A model generated the notes under the pieces. The model saw only the letters and a list, made by a program, of their open reading frames with translations, was not told where the DNA came from and searched no databases. Both the position numbers and the translations under genes were made by a program. Positions 25,482-34,288 of a DNA stretch of 41,018 bases are shown here, piece by piece. Origin of the DNA: a bacterium (GTDB lineage: Bacteria; Elusimicrobiota; Elusimicrobia; UBA1565; UBA9628); the NCBI GenBank assembly GCA_021783355.1, contig JAJXTZ010000003.1, forward strand, positions 1-41,018, read 5' to 3'. The first letter of the stretch is position 1. Every line of letters begins with the position of its first letter.

Positions 25482-27335
25482 ATGTCGCGCAACGACCTCC
25501 TCGTCCTCGGGCTGTGGTGCGCCGCGCTCCTGGCCTTGCTCTCGCCCGTCTGGGCCCGTCCCGGCGCGGTCTTCTTCAACCACGGCGACCTCTACACCTA
25601 TCACGTCCCGCTGCGCTCGGTGACCGCCGGCGCCCTGCAGTCCGGCCGCCTCCCGTTCTGGGACCCGTACATCCTGCTCGGCGTGCCGCAGGCGGCCAAC
25701 CCGCAGGCCGCGCTGTTCTACCCGGCGGCCCTGCTGGAGAGCCTTTTTCCCGTCGCGCGCGCGCTGGCCTGGGACCAGATCTTCCACCTGCTGTGGGCGG
25801 GCCTGGGCGTCTTCCTGCTGGCGCGCTCCCAGCGCCTCGACCGCGCGGGCGCGGCCGTGCTGGCCTCGGCCTACGCGCTGTCGCCGTTCCTCGTCTATCG
25901 CGTCACGGCCGGCATCCCCACCTTGCTGGCCGCGCTGGCCTGGGCGCCGTGGCTGTGGCTGGCCTGGCTCTCCGGCGGGGTCCTGATCCTGGCCGCGGCG
26001 CTCTCGCTCCAGCTCCTGTCCGGCCACGGGCAGTTCCTCGTCGTCAACCTGGCGGCGATGGGCGTCTGGGGGCTCCTGCACGACGGGCGCGGGGTCCTGC
26101 TCGGGCGCCTGGCCGCGGCGGGCGCGGCGGCGCTGGCGCTGACCGCGGCGCAGTGGATGCCGACGCTCCAGTACCTGCGCCACTCGGTGCGCTCGGACTG
26201 GGGGGGCGCGATGAGCGGCGCCTACGCCCTGCCGCCGGGCGCGCTCTGGTCCTGGCTGAACCCCGACGCGCTGGGCACGCCGCTCAACGGCGGCTGGCGC
26301 GACGCGATCAGCGTGTTCTACGAGACCTGCGGCGGGAACGTCGGCCCCATCGCGCTGGTCCTGGCCGCGTGGGGGCTGGTCCGCGGGCGGCGGCGGCTCG
26401 CCGCCGCGCTGCTGGCCGCGGCCGGGGTGCTGCTCGCGTTCGGGCCGCGCGGCCCGCTGTCGCGCGCCTTCCTCGGCTTCGCCGTGCTCTCGTACCTGCG
26501 CACGCCGTCGCGCTGGCTGTTCCTGTCCGTCTGGGCGGCGGTCCTGTTGGCGGGGACGGGCTGGGCCGCCTGGAGCGGCCTGCGCCGGCGGCCCGGCGCG
26601 CGCCTGCTCGCGGCCGTCGCCGGGTTCCTGACGCTCGCGTTCTGGGACGCGGGGTTCCTGCGTCCCCAGGACCCGGCGCCGTTCCTGGCGCCCCGCGCGC
26701 GGGTGGCCGAGGCCCTCGGGGGGCGCCCGATCCGCGTGCTGACCGACCCGGACCTCGCCAACCCGGACAAGACCGAGCTCTACCGCCTGCGCAACGTCAA
26801 CGGCTACGAGGCCTTCTACCCCGAGGGCGTGCCGGCCTGGGCCGCGCGCGCGCAGGGGGCGCCGGCCGCCGACGCCAGCCGCGTCTTCGTCTCGCGCTGG
26901 CCCTCTCCGGAGCTGGCGCGCGCGGGCGTCGCGGCGCGGCTCTCGCCGGCGGGGGTGGAGCGCGCGCCGGCCTGGGCGCTGGCGTCCTTCATCGACGCGC
27001 GGGGGCGGCGCGTCTTCCCGGACCCGCACCTGTTCCCGGAGAGCCCGGAGCGTTGGCGCGTCACCGGCGCCGTGCCGCGCGGCGCCGCCGCGGTCGCGCT
27101 CTCCGAGCCGGCCTACCCCGGCTGGCGCGCGTACGCGCAGGGCCGGGCGGCGGCGCTGGTGCCGTGGGACGGGGTGTTCCAGGCCGTGCCGCTGTCCCTG
27201 CCGGCCGGCGCGCGGCTGGACTTGACCCTGCAGTTCGCGCCCACGGGCTGGGCCTGGCTGGCGGCCTTCACCGCCGCGGCCTGGGCCTGGTGGCTGGCGG
27301 CGCTGTCGCGCGCGGCGCTGGGCGGGCTCGCGTGA
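25482..27335 (+). CDS. YfhO-family (GT-C fold) membrane glycosyltransferase, copy 2
   Basis: Start MSRNDLL (ATG 25482, 4 nt after the copy 1 stop). GDLYTY..GRLPFWDPYILLGVP..NPQAALFYP, LRTPSRW, NVNGYE, LSEPAYPGWRA. Confidence 0.75.
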   Translation: MSRNDLLVLGLWCAALLALLSPVWARPGAVFFNHGDLYTYHVPLRSVTAGALQSGRLPFWDPYILLGVPQAANPQAALFYPAALLESLFPVARALAWDQIFHLLWAGLGVFLLARSQRLDRAGAAVLASAYALSPFLVYRVTAGIPTLLAALAWAPWLWLAWLSGGVLILAAALSLQLLSGHGQFLVVNLAAMGVWGLLHDGRGVLLGRLAAAGAAALALTAAQWMPTLQYLRHSVRSDWGGAMSGAYALPPGALWSWLNPDALGTPLNGGWRDAISVFYETCGGNVGPIALVLAAWGLVRGRRRLAAALLAAAGVLLAFGPRGPLSRAFLGFAVLSYLRTPSRWLFLSVWAAVLLAGTGWAAWSGLRRRPGARLLAAVAGFLTLAFWDAGFLRPQDPAPFLAPRARVAEALGGRPIRVLTDPDLANPDKTELYRLRNVNGYEAFYPEGVPAWAARAQGAPAADASRVFVSRWPSPELARAGVAARLSPAGVERAPAWALASFIDARGRRVFPDPHLFPESPERWRVTGAVPRGAAAVALSEPAYPGWRAYAQGRAAALVPWDGVFQAVPLSLPAGARLDLTLQFAPTGWAWLAAFTAAAWAWWLAALSRAALGGLA

Positions 27336-28318
27336 GCAGGCGCCGGACGGCGTCCGTCGTCGTGGGGCTGGGCGGCACCGCCTTCTTCCTGTGGCTCGCG
27401 GTGCGCAAGGTGGACCTGCGCCTGCTCTGGGGCGCGCTGGCCCGGGCGCACTGGGCCTGGCTGGTCCCGATGGCCGCGATCGTCTTCCTGGACCTGATCG
27501 TGCGCGCCGAGCGCTGGCGCGTGCTCCTCTCGCGCGCGGCCCCCGCGGCCACCGCGCGTGAGCTCTTCCGCCTGGAGGCCATCGGACTGGCGGTCAACAA
27601 CGTCCTGTTCCTGCGCCTGGGGGAGTTCGCCCGCGCGGCGCTGGCCGCGCGGGAGCTCGGCATCCCGGTCCTGGCGGCGCTGGCCAGCGTCGTCGTCGAG
27701 CGCGCGCTGGACGTGGCGGCCCTGCTGACGATCTTCGTCGTCGCGGCCGGCGCGGCCCCCGGGTTCGTGCCGCCCTACGTGCGCACCGTCTCCGCCCTGG
27801 TGCTGGCCGGGGCCGTCGCGGCGCTGGCGATCCTGGCCCTGGCCGAGAGCGCGCTCGCCGAGGGCGGCTGGATCGAGCGCCTGCTGCGGCCGTGGCCGAA
27901 GGTGCACTCCCTCGTCGAGCAGCTGGCGCTGGGGGCCGCCGTCCTGCGCCAGCCGGCGGCGGCCCTGCAGGCGGTGCTGTGGAGCCTCCTCCTGTGGAGC
28001 GTCGACGCCGTGCTCTACTGGGCCGGCGCGCGCGCCCTGGGCCTGGGAGCGCTGATGGACTACCCGCGCGCGGTCCTGACCCTCTCCTGGGCGGGAGCCA
28101 GCTCGGCCCTGCCCGCGGCGCCGGGGGCGCTGGGCACCTTCGAGGCCGTCGTGCAGGACATCCTCGTCAAGTTCGGCGCCACCGCGGCGCAGGCCTTCGC
28201 CTATGCGCTCGTCTGCCACGTGGTGATGTTCCTGCTGGTCACGGTCACCGGCCTGGTCCTGCTCTACCGCGTGGGCTTGTCCCTGGCCGAGCTGCGCGGC
28301 CAGGTGGAGAAGCGATGA
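27332..28318 (+). CDS. Lysylphosphatidylglycerol-synthase-TM / UPF0104 flippase-like membrane protein
   Basis: GTG 27332 (GTGA overlap). RAERWRVLL, NNVLFLRLGEFAR, SVVVERALD, PAAPGALGTFE. Confidence 0.85.
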   Translation: MSRRRTASVVVGLGGTAFFLWLAVRKVDLRLLWGALARAHWAWLVPMAAIVFLDLIVRAERWRVLLSRAAPAATARELFRLEAIGLAVNNVLFLRLGEFARAALAARELGIPVLAALASVVVERALDVAALLTIFVVAAGAAPGFVPPYVRTVSALVLAGAVAALAILALAESALAEGGWIERLLRPWPKVHSLVEQLALGAAVLRQPAAALQAVLWSLLLWSVDAVLYWAGARALGLGALMDYPRAVLTLSWAGASSALPAAPGALGTFEAVVQDILVKFGATAAQAFAYALVCHVVMFLLVTVTGLVLLYRVGLSLAELRGQVEKR

Positions 28319-29337
28319 GGCTCGCGCTCCTGCCGCTCTTGGCCTGCCCGGTCTGCGGCGGCGACCTGCGCTTCGCCGAGGTGGAGACCCACCCGCGCCT
28401 GGACGACGACGTGCGCGAGGGGTCGCTGTCCTGCGCGGCCTGCCGCCGCGCCTACCCGATCCGCGCCGGCATCCCGCGCCTGCGCCCGCCGGAGGACGTC
28501 CCGGCCGACGCGGAGAAGACGCGCGAGAGCTTCGGCTGGGAGTGGCTGCGCTACCCGGGCTCGCGCCCCGGCGACGAGGCGGTGTTCCTCGAGGAGACGA
28601 TGATCCCGCGCGAGGCGTTCGCGGGCAAGCTCGTCCTCGACGCCGGCTGCGGGATGGGACGCTACAGCGCGGTCGCGCGCTCTCTCGGCGCGGAGGTCGT
28701 GGCCGCGGACATGTCGGACAGCCTGATCCGCGTGGCCGAGAAGGCGGCGTCCGACCCCAAGCTGCACCCGGTCGAGTGCGACCTGCTCAAGCCCCCGTTC
28801 AAGAAGGGCGTCTTCGACCTGGCCTACAGTCAGGGCGTGCTCCATCACACCGCGGACACGCGCCGCGCGTTCGCCGCCGTGGCCGCGCTGGTCAAGCCCG
28901 GCGGCCTCCTGTCGGTGTGGCTGTACGGCAAGGCCGGGCGCTACGCCGACTTCGCGACGAACCCGGTCCGGCCCGGCCGCGAGTGGATCGTCCGGCACCG
29001 GCGCCTGGCCTGGGCGGTGGTCCTGGTCCGCCACGGGCTCAGCGACCTCGTGCGGGCGTTCACCACGCGCCTGCCGGTGCGCGCGGTCTACGCGCTGTGC
29101 TACCCGCTGACCGTCCTGGGCGCGGTCCCCGGACTCAAGTACCTGACCTTCTCCGTGGACCCGGACTTCCAGGCGCGCCTGATCGAGAACTTCGACTGGG
29201 TCTCGCCGCCGTACCAGTGGCATCACACCAAGGAGGAGCTGGTCCGCTGGTTCGGCGAGGCGGGCTTCGCGGCGCTCAAGGTCCTGCCGCACGGCCTGGT
29301 GCCCAAGCCCGGCGTGCTGGGGCGGCGCCAGCGGTGA
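28315..29337 (+). CDS. Class I SAM-dependent methyltransferase with an N-terminal Trm112-like domain
   Basis: ATG 28315 (ATGA overlap). LACPVCGGDL..LSCAACRRAYPIRAGIPRL, SFGWEW, VLDAGCGMGR, GVLHHT, VKPGG. Confidence 0.85.
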   Translation: MRLALLPLLACPVCGGDLRFAEVETHPRLDDDVREGSLSCAACRRAYPIRAGIPRLRPPEDVPADAEKTRESFGWEWLRYPGSRPGDEAVFLEETMIPREAFAGKLVLDAGCGMGRYSAVARSLGAEVVAADMSDSLIRVAEKAASDPKLHPVECDLLKPPFKKGVFDLAYSQGVLHHTADTRRAFAAVAALVKPGGLLSVWLYGKAGRYADFATNPVRPGREWIVRHRRLAWAVVLVRHGLSDLVRAFTTRLPVRAVYALCYPLTVLGAVPGLKYLTFSVDPDFQARLIENFDWVSPPYQWHHTKEELVRWFGEAGFAALKVLPHGLVPKPGVLGRRQR

Positions 29338-30467
29338 GGCCGCTCTCGGTCGCGATGGTCAGCGCCGGCTTCTGGCCCGCGGTCGGCGGGGCGGAGCGCC
29401 AGGCGCTGGAGCTCTCCGCGGCGCTCGCCGCGCGCGGCGCGCGCGTGACGGTCCTGACCCGGCGGCTCGGCGGCCTGCCCGCGCGCGAGACGGTGCGCGG
29501 CGTGGAGGTCCGCCGCCTCCCGGTGGCCGGGCGCGGGACGCTCCAGGCGCTGGTCTTCATGGCCGGGGTCCTGGGCTGGCTGCTGCTGCACTGGACCGAG
29601 TGGGACGCGGTCCACGCGCACCTGGCCGGCTCCCCGGCGCTGGCCGCGGCCGCGGCCGGGCGCCTGCTCGGCCGGCCGGCGATCGTCAAGCTCGGCGGCG
29701 GGCGCGGGATCGGCGAGCTGGCGGCCTCGTCGCGGACCGCGTCGGGCCGCGCGAAGCTGCGCGCGCTGGGCCTCCTGCGCCCCCGCTTCCTGGCCGTCGC
29801 CGCGGACCTCGCCGACGAGGCGGGCGCGTTCCTGGGCCCGGCGCCCATCGAGGTCCTGCCCAACGGCGTGGACGCCGAACGCTTCGCTCCGGCGGACCCC
29901 GCGCGCAAGCGCGCCCTGCGGGCCGGGCTGGTCTGGGACGAGGACGCGTTCGTGTTCCTGTACGCGGGACGCTTCTCCGCCGAGAAGCGCCTACCGTGGT
30001 TCCTGGGCCTCTGGCGCGAGGCGGCGGGGGAGACGGCGCGCGCGGTCCTGGTCGGCGAGGGCCCGGAGCTCGCCGCCGTCGCGGCGGCCGCGGACGACGA
30101 CCCGCGGATCTCCGTCCTGGCCCCGCGCGAGGACCTGGCCGGACTCTACGCGGCCGCCGACGCCTTCTTCCTGCCCTCGACCTCCGAGGGCCTCTCCAAC
30201 GCGCTCCTCGAGGCGATGGCGTCCGGCCTGGCGGTCGTCGCCTCGCGCGTCGGCGGGACTCCGGAGGCGGCGGAGGACGGGCGCACCGCCCTGCTCTTCG
30301 CGCGCGACGACGAGGCCGGGGTCCAGGCTGCCGTGCGCCGGCTGGCCGGCGAGCCGGGGCTCGCCGCGCGGCTCGGCGCGGCAGGCCGCGCCCGCGCCCT
30401 GGAGCGCTTCTCCCTGCCGCGGGTCCTGGACCGCCTCGAGGCGCTCTACCGCGGGGAGGCCGCGTGA
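29334..30467 (+). CDS. Glycosyltransferase family 4
   Basis: GTG 29334 (GTGA overlap). PAVGGAERQ, PNGVD, YAGRFSAEK, PSTSEGLSNALLEAMASGLAVVASRVGG. Confidence 0.92.
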   Translation: MRPLSVAMVSAGFWPAVGGAERQALELSAALAARGARVTVLTRRLGGLPARETVRGVEVRRLPVAGRGTLQALVFMAGVLGWLLLHWTEWDAVHAHLAGSPALAAAAAGRLLGRPAIVKLGGGRGIGELAASSRTASGRAKLRALGLLRPRFLAVAADLADEAGAFLGPAPIEVLPNGVDAERFAPADPARKRALRAGLVWDEDAFVFLYAGRFSAEKRLPWFLGLWREAAGETARAVLVGEGPELAAVAAAADDDPRISVLAPREDLAGLYAAADAFFLPSTSEGLSNALLEAMASGLAVVASRVGGTPEAAEDGRTALLFARDDEAGVQAAVRRLAGEPGLAARLGAAGRARALERFSLPRVLDRLEALYRGEAA

Positions 30468-31969
30468 GCCGCTCCCGGCGCTTCGTCGCCGACGTCTCCT
30501 GGAGCCTCGGCGGCCAGATCACGCTGGCGCTGATCAATCTCGCCGTCATCCCCGTGATGGTGCGCGGCCTCGGCACCGAGGGCTACGGCCTCTACGTGAT
30601 GATGCACTCGGCGGCCTCGTACCTGCCGGCGCTGTGCCTGGGCGCCGGCGCGGCGCTGGTCAAGTTCCTCTCCGAGCACGACGCGGCCCGCGCCGGGCGC
30701 GCGGTGCGCGACGACCTGCGCGTCGCCGCCCTGATCCACGGCGGCGCGGCGCTGCTCGGCGGGGCGGTCCTGTGGGCGTTCGCCCCGGCCCTGGCCCGGG
30801 AGTTCCTGCGGGACCCCGGCACGCGCCTGGCCGACGCGGTGCTGGTCCTGCGCGCGGCCGCCGTCGGCGGCGCGTTCCTGTCCGGACTGCAGTGGGCGAT
30901 GTACTCGCTCCAGGGCCTGCGCCGCTTCGACCAGCAGAACGTGCTGGCCGTGGCCCAGGGCGCGCTGTTGCCCGCCGGCGCGCTCGCCCTGCTGGCCACC
31001 GGGCGCGGGATGGTGGAGATCGCCGTCTGGTATGCCGTCGTCAACGCGCTCTGTTTCGCGGCCGGCGTCGTCCTGGTCCTGCGGCGCGCCGCGTCCGTCC
31101 CCGACCGCGGGCCGCGCGCCGACGGCCGCGCGTTCGTCCTCTTCGGCCTCGGCGTCTGGCCGGGCTCGATGGCGTGGCTGGTCTGCAATCAGGTGGACAA
31201 GCTCTTCATCCTGCGCGTCCAGGAGCTGACCTCGCTGACCCTGTACGCGGTGCCGCTGGCCGCCCTGCAGCGCCTGCAGGTCCTGCCGGCCTCGGTGGCC
31301 GCCGTCCTCCTGCCCACGATCAGCGCCGCCGGCGGCCAGGACGCGACGGAGACCCTGCGCCGCATCTACCTGCGCGTGATGCGCGTCATGCTGGCCCTGC
31401 TCTGGCCCGCGTACGTGCTCCTCTTCGCGTTCATGCCCCAACTGCTGAGCCTGTGGCTGGGCGGGCGCTTCGGCGACGACTCGGTCTGGCCCGCGCGCCT
31501 GCTGGTCCTCGGCCAGGCGTTCGCCGTGCTCGCCTACGTGCCGAACACGGTGGCCCTCGGTCGCGGCCGCCCCGCGTTCTCGTCGGTCTTCGCGTGGAGC
31601 CAGGCGGGCCTCAGCGTCCTCCTGTGGATGGCGCTGGTCCCCCATTGGGGCATCCTCGGCGCGGCCGCGGGCGCGGCCGCGGGCCAGGCGCTGCCCGCCC
31701 TCGCCTACGCGGCCTTCGTGCAGACCCGCCTGCTCGGGCTCGGCTGGCGCAGCTACCTGTGGGACTGCCTCGCGCGGCCCTTCGTCAGCAGCGCGGCCCT
31801 GCTGGCCGCGGCGATGCTCCTGCACGCGCGCGGGACCTCGTGGCTCCTGCTCTTCGCGCTGTGCGGCGCGGGAGTGGCGCTCAGCTACGGCCTGTCGTGG
31901 CTCCTGCTCTCGGGCGACGACCGCGAGCTGGCGCTGGGGATCCTCAGGCGCCGGGCGCGGACGGGCTGA
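30464..31969 (+). CDS. Wzx-type oligosaccharide flippase (polysaccharide biosynthesis protein)
   Basis: GTG 30464 (GTGA overlap). GLGTEGYGLY, NQVDKLFI, LYAVP, LLPTIS, many TM helices, PHWGILGAA. Confidence 0.85.
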   Translation: MSRSRRFVADVSWSLGGQITLALINLAVIPVMVRGLGTEGYGLYVMMHSAASYLPALCLGAGAALVKFLSEHDAARAGRAVRDDLRVAALIHGGAALLGGAVLWAFAPALAREFLRDPGTRLADAVLVLRAAAVGGAFLSGLQWAMYSLQGLRRFDQQNVLAVAQGALLPAGALALLATGRGMVEIAVWYAVVNALCFAAGVVLVLRRAASVPDRGPRADGRAFVLFGLGVWPGSMAWLVCNQVDKLFILRVQELTSLTLYAVPLAALQRLQVLPASVAAVLLPTISAAGGQDATETLRRIYLRVMRVMLALLWPAYVLLFAFMPQLLSLWLGGRFGDDSVWPARLLVLGQAFAVLAYVPNTVALGRGRPAFSSVFAWSQAGLSVLLWMALVPHWGILGAAAGAAAGQALPALAYAAFVQTRLLGLGWRSYLWDCLARPFVSSAALLAAAMLLHARGTSWLLLFALCGAGVALSYGLSWLLLSGDDRELALGILRRRARTG

Positions 31970-32963
31970 CGGCGCCGGCGGGGGCGTCCACCGCGTCCGG
32001 GCGCCCGGCGCGCAGGCACTCCAGGTCCCAGCGGACCATGCCCTCGACGAGCGCGCGGAAGCCGACGCGCGGCGACCAGCCCAACAGGCGCCGGGCCTTC
32101 GCCGGGTCGCCGCGCCGCTCGACGGGCTCCGGCGGGCGGCGCCGGGACGCGTCGGCGACGACGTGCTCGCGCCAGTCCAGCCCGACGGCGGCGAAGGCGG
32201 TCTCCGCGAGCTCGCGCACGGAGCGGGTCTCGCCCGTGGCCAGCACGAAGTCGCCGGGCTTTTCGGCGTCCAGCGTGCGGAACATCGCCTCGACGAAGTC
32301 CCCGGCGTAGCCCCAGTCGCGGCGGGCGTCCAGGTCGCCCAGCGCGAGGGTCTTCGCGAGCCCCAGCTTGACGGCCGCCGCGCCCGAGGTGACGCGGCGC
32401 GTGACGAAGGACGGCCCGCGCCGGGGGGACTCGTGGTTGAAGGCGATGCCGCTGACGGCGAACAGGCCGTAGCGCTCGCGGTAGGCGTTCACCAGGTGGT
32501 GCGCGTAGACCTTGGCCGCGGCGTAGGGGCTCCGGGGCGCGAGCGGCGTGCGCTCGTCCTGCGGGGCGCGCTCCGGCAGCCCGAAGAGCTCCGCGGAGGA
32601 GGATTGGTAGAAGCGCGCCTTCGGGGCGAGCCGGCGCAGGGCCTCGAGCAGGCGCGCCGCCCCCAGGCCCGCGACGTCGCCGGTGCGCACCGGGTCGTCC
32701 CAGGAGGTCGGCATGAAGGACTGCGACGCGAGGTTGTAGACGTGGTCGGGCGCGGAGCGCTCGACGGCCGCGTCCACGGCGGCCTGGTCGGAGACGTCGC
32801 CCGCGTGGAGCCGCACGCGCTCGCGCACGGACTTCAGGCGCGGGCAGTCGTCGACCTGACGGGGGAGGACCAGCCCGTGGACCTCCCAGCCGCGCGCGAG
32901 CAGGAGCTCGGCCAGGTAGGAGCCATCCTGGCCCGCCGCGCCGACGATCAAGGCCCTGGGCAT
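31944..32963 (-). CDS. gmd: GDP-mannose 4,6-dehydratase
   Basis: GAAGQDGSYLAELL, YNLASQSF, FYQSSSAELFG, PRSPYAAAK, FNHESPRRG..FVTR, LGDLDARRDWGYAGD. Confidence 0.88.
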   Translation of the reverse strand: MPRALIVGAAGQDGSYLAELLLARGWEVHGLVLPRQVDDCPRLKSVRERVRLHAGDVSDQAAVDAAVERSAPDHVYNLASQSFMPTSWDDPVRTGDVAGLGAARLLEALRRLAPKARFYQSSSAELFGLPERAPQDERTPLAPRSPYAAAKVYAHHLVNAYRERYGLFAVSGIAFNHESPRRGPSFVTRRVTSGAAAVKLGLAKTLALGDLDARRDWGYAGDFVEAMFRTLDAEKPGDFVLATGETRSVRELAETAFAAVGLDWREHVVADASRRRPPEPVERRGDPAKARRLLGWSPRVGFRALVEGMVRWDLECLRAGRPDAVDAPAGAVSPSAPGA

Positions 32964-32969
32964 CGGCGC

Positions 32970-33019
32970 AGTATAACAAAAGGCCTGCGCCGGGGGCCGC
33001 GGCCCCCTTTTGCTATAAT
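32970..33019. promoter_or_regulatory. Divergent pair of extended -10 promoters (gmd / C-methyltransferase)
   Basis: Minus strand: TGt-TATACT (32975-32970), 6 nt before the gmd ATG. Plus strand: TGc-TATAAT (33014-33019), 9 nt before ATG 33029. Confidence 0.75.
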
Positions 33020-33028
33020 CCGCGCGCG

Positions 33029-34288
33029 ATGGCCTCCTACCGGGACGTCGAGCGCTGCCGCGTCTGCGGGAACGACGAGCTCGTCCCCCTGCTCTCGCTG
33101 GGCGTGCAGGCCCTGACCGGGGTCTTCCCCCGCGCGCGCGGCGAGCGCGTGACCGCGGGGCCGGTGGACCTCCTGAAGTGCGCCGAGCGCCGGGACGGCT
33201 CGTCCTGCGGCCTGGTCCAGCTCAAGCAGTCGTACGACAAGTCCGAGATGTACGGCTCCGGCTACGGCTACCACTCGGGCCTGAACCAGTCCATGGTCCG
33301 CCACCTGCGCGCGAAGGCCGCCGCGATCCAGGCCCTCGCGCCGCTGCGCCCGGGCGACCTCGTGATCGACATCGGCTCCAACGACGGGACCCTGCTGGGC
33401 GCCTATCCGGCGGACGCCGGCGCGACGCTCGTGGGCATCGACCCGACCGGGGAGAAGTTCCGCAAGTACTACGCGCCGCACGTCCAGCTGATCCCCGAGT
33501 TCTTCTCCGCGAAGTTGGTGCGGGACCGCTTCCCCGGGCGGCGCGCGAAAGTCGTCACCTCGATCGCGATGTTCTACGACCTCGACGCGCCGCTGGAGTT
33601 CATCGCGGAAGTCCGCTCCCTGCTGGCCGACGACGGCGTGTGGACCCTCGAGCAGAGCTACCTGCCGGCGATGATCGAGATGAACGCCTACGACACGATC
33701 TGCCACGAGCATCTCGAGTACTACGGCGCGCGCCAGATGCGCTGGATGCTGGAGCGCTCGGGCCTGAAGGTCGTCGCCGTCGAGCGCAACGCGGTCAACG
33801 GGGGCAGCTTCTCGCTGAGCGTCGCGCGCGCGGAGGCCCCGTATCCCGAGGCGTCGGACGCGTTCGGCGCCCTGCTGAAGGCCGAGGAGGCGTACGCGAC
33901 GCCGGCCCCGTACCGCGCGTTCGCCGCCGCCGTCGCGCGGCACCGCGAGGAGCTTGTCGCCCTGGTCCGCGGCGAGGCCGCCGCGGGCCGGACGATCCTG
34001 GGCTACGGGGCGTCGACGAAGGGCAACGTGATCCTCCAGTACTGCGGGCTGGGGGAGAAGGACATCCCCTGCATCGGCGAGGTCAACGCGGACAAGTTCG
34101 GGGCGTTCACGCCCGGCACGCTGATCCCGATCGTCCCCGAGGCCGAGGTGCGCGCGCGCAAGCCGGACTCCCTCCTGGTCCTGCCCTGGCACTTCAAGGA
34201 CTTCATCGTCGAGAAGGAGTCCGCCTACCTGCGCTCCGGCGGGAAGCTGGTCTTCCCGCTGCCCCGGCTCCACGCCGTCACCGCGTGA
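33029..34288 (+). CDS. NDP-hexose C-methyltransferase (TylC3/NovU-like: Zn-binding + SAM + C-terminal domains)
   Basis: CRVC..C..CGLVQL, DIGSNDGTLL, IAMFYDL, EQSYL, YDTICHEHLEYY, NGGS, GYGASTKGNVILQY, VLPWHF. Confidence 0.88.
   Translation: MASYRDVERCRVCGNDELVPLLSLGVQALTGVFPRARGERVTAGPVDLLKCAERRDGSSCGLVQLKQSYDKSEMYGSGYGYHSGLNQSMVRHLRAKAAAIQALAPLRPGDLVIDIGSNDGTLLGAYPADAGATLVGIDPTGEKFRKYYAPHVQLIPEFFSAKLVRDRFPGRRAKVVTSIAMFYDLDAPLEFIAEVRSLLADDGVWTLEQSYLPAMIEMNAYDTICHEHLEYYGARQMRWMLERSGLKVVAVERNAVNGGSFSLSVARAEAPYPEASDAFGALLKAEEAYATPAPYRAFAAAVARHREELVALVRGEAAAGRTILGYGASTKGNVILQYCGLGEKDIPCIGEVNADKFGAFTPGTLIPIVPEAEVRARKPDSLLVLPWHFKDFIVEKESAYLRSGGKLVFPLPRLHAVTA

Noticed and set aside
22115-29337. Apparent giant N-terminal extensions in the ORF track (22115-25477, 25514-28318, 27892-29337; likewise 6211-8007, 4248-5996, 13211-15220)
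   Set aside because: The extensions are out-of-frame read-through of the upstream gene. The real starts sit at or next to the upstream stop codons, so these are not fusions or frameshifts.
31944-31969. 26-nt convergent overlap between wzx and gmd as an antisense control element
   Set aside because: Short tail-to-tail overlaps with non-conserved C-terminal tails are common in high-GC genomes, and there is no supporting structure.
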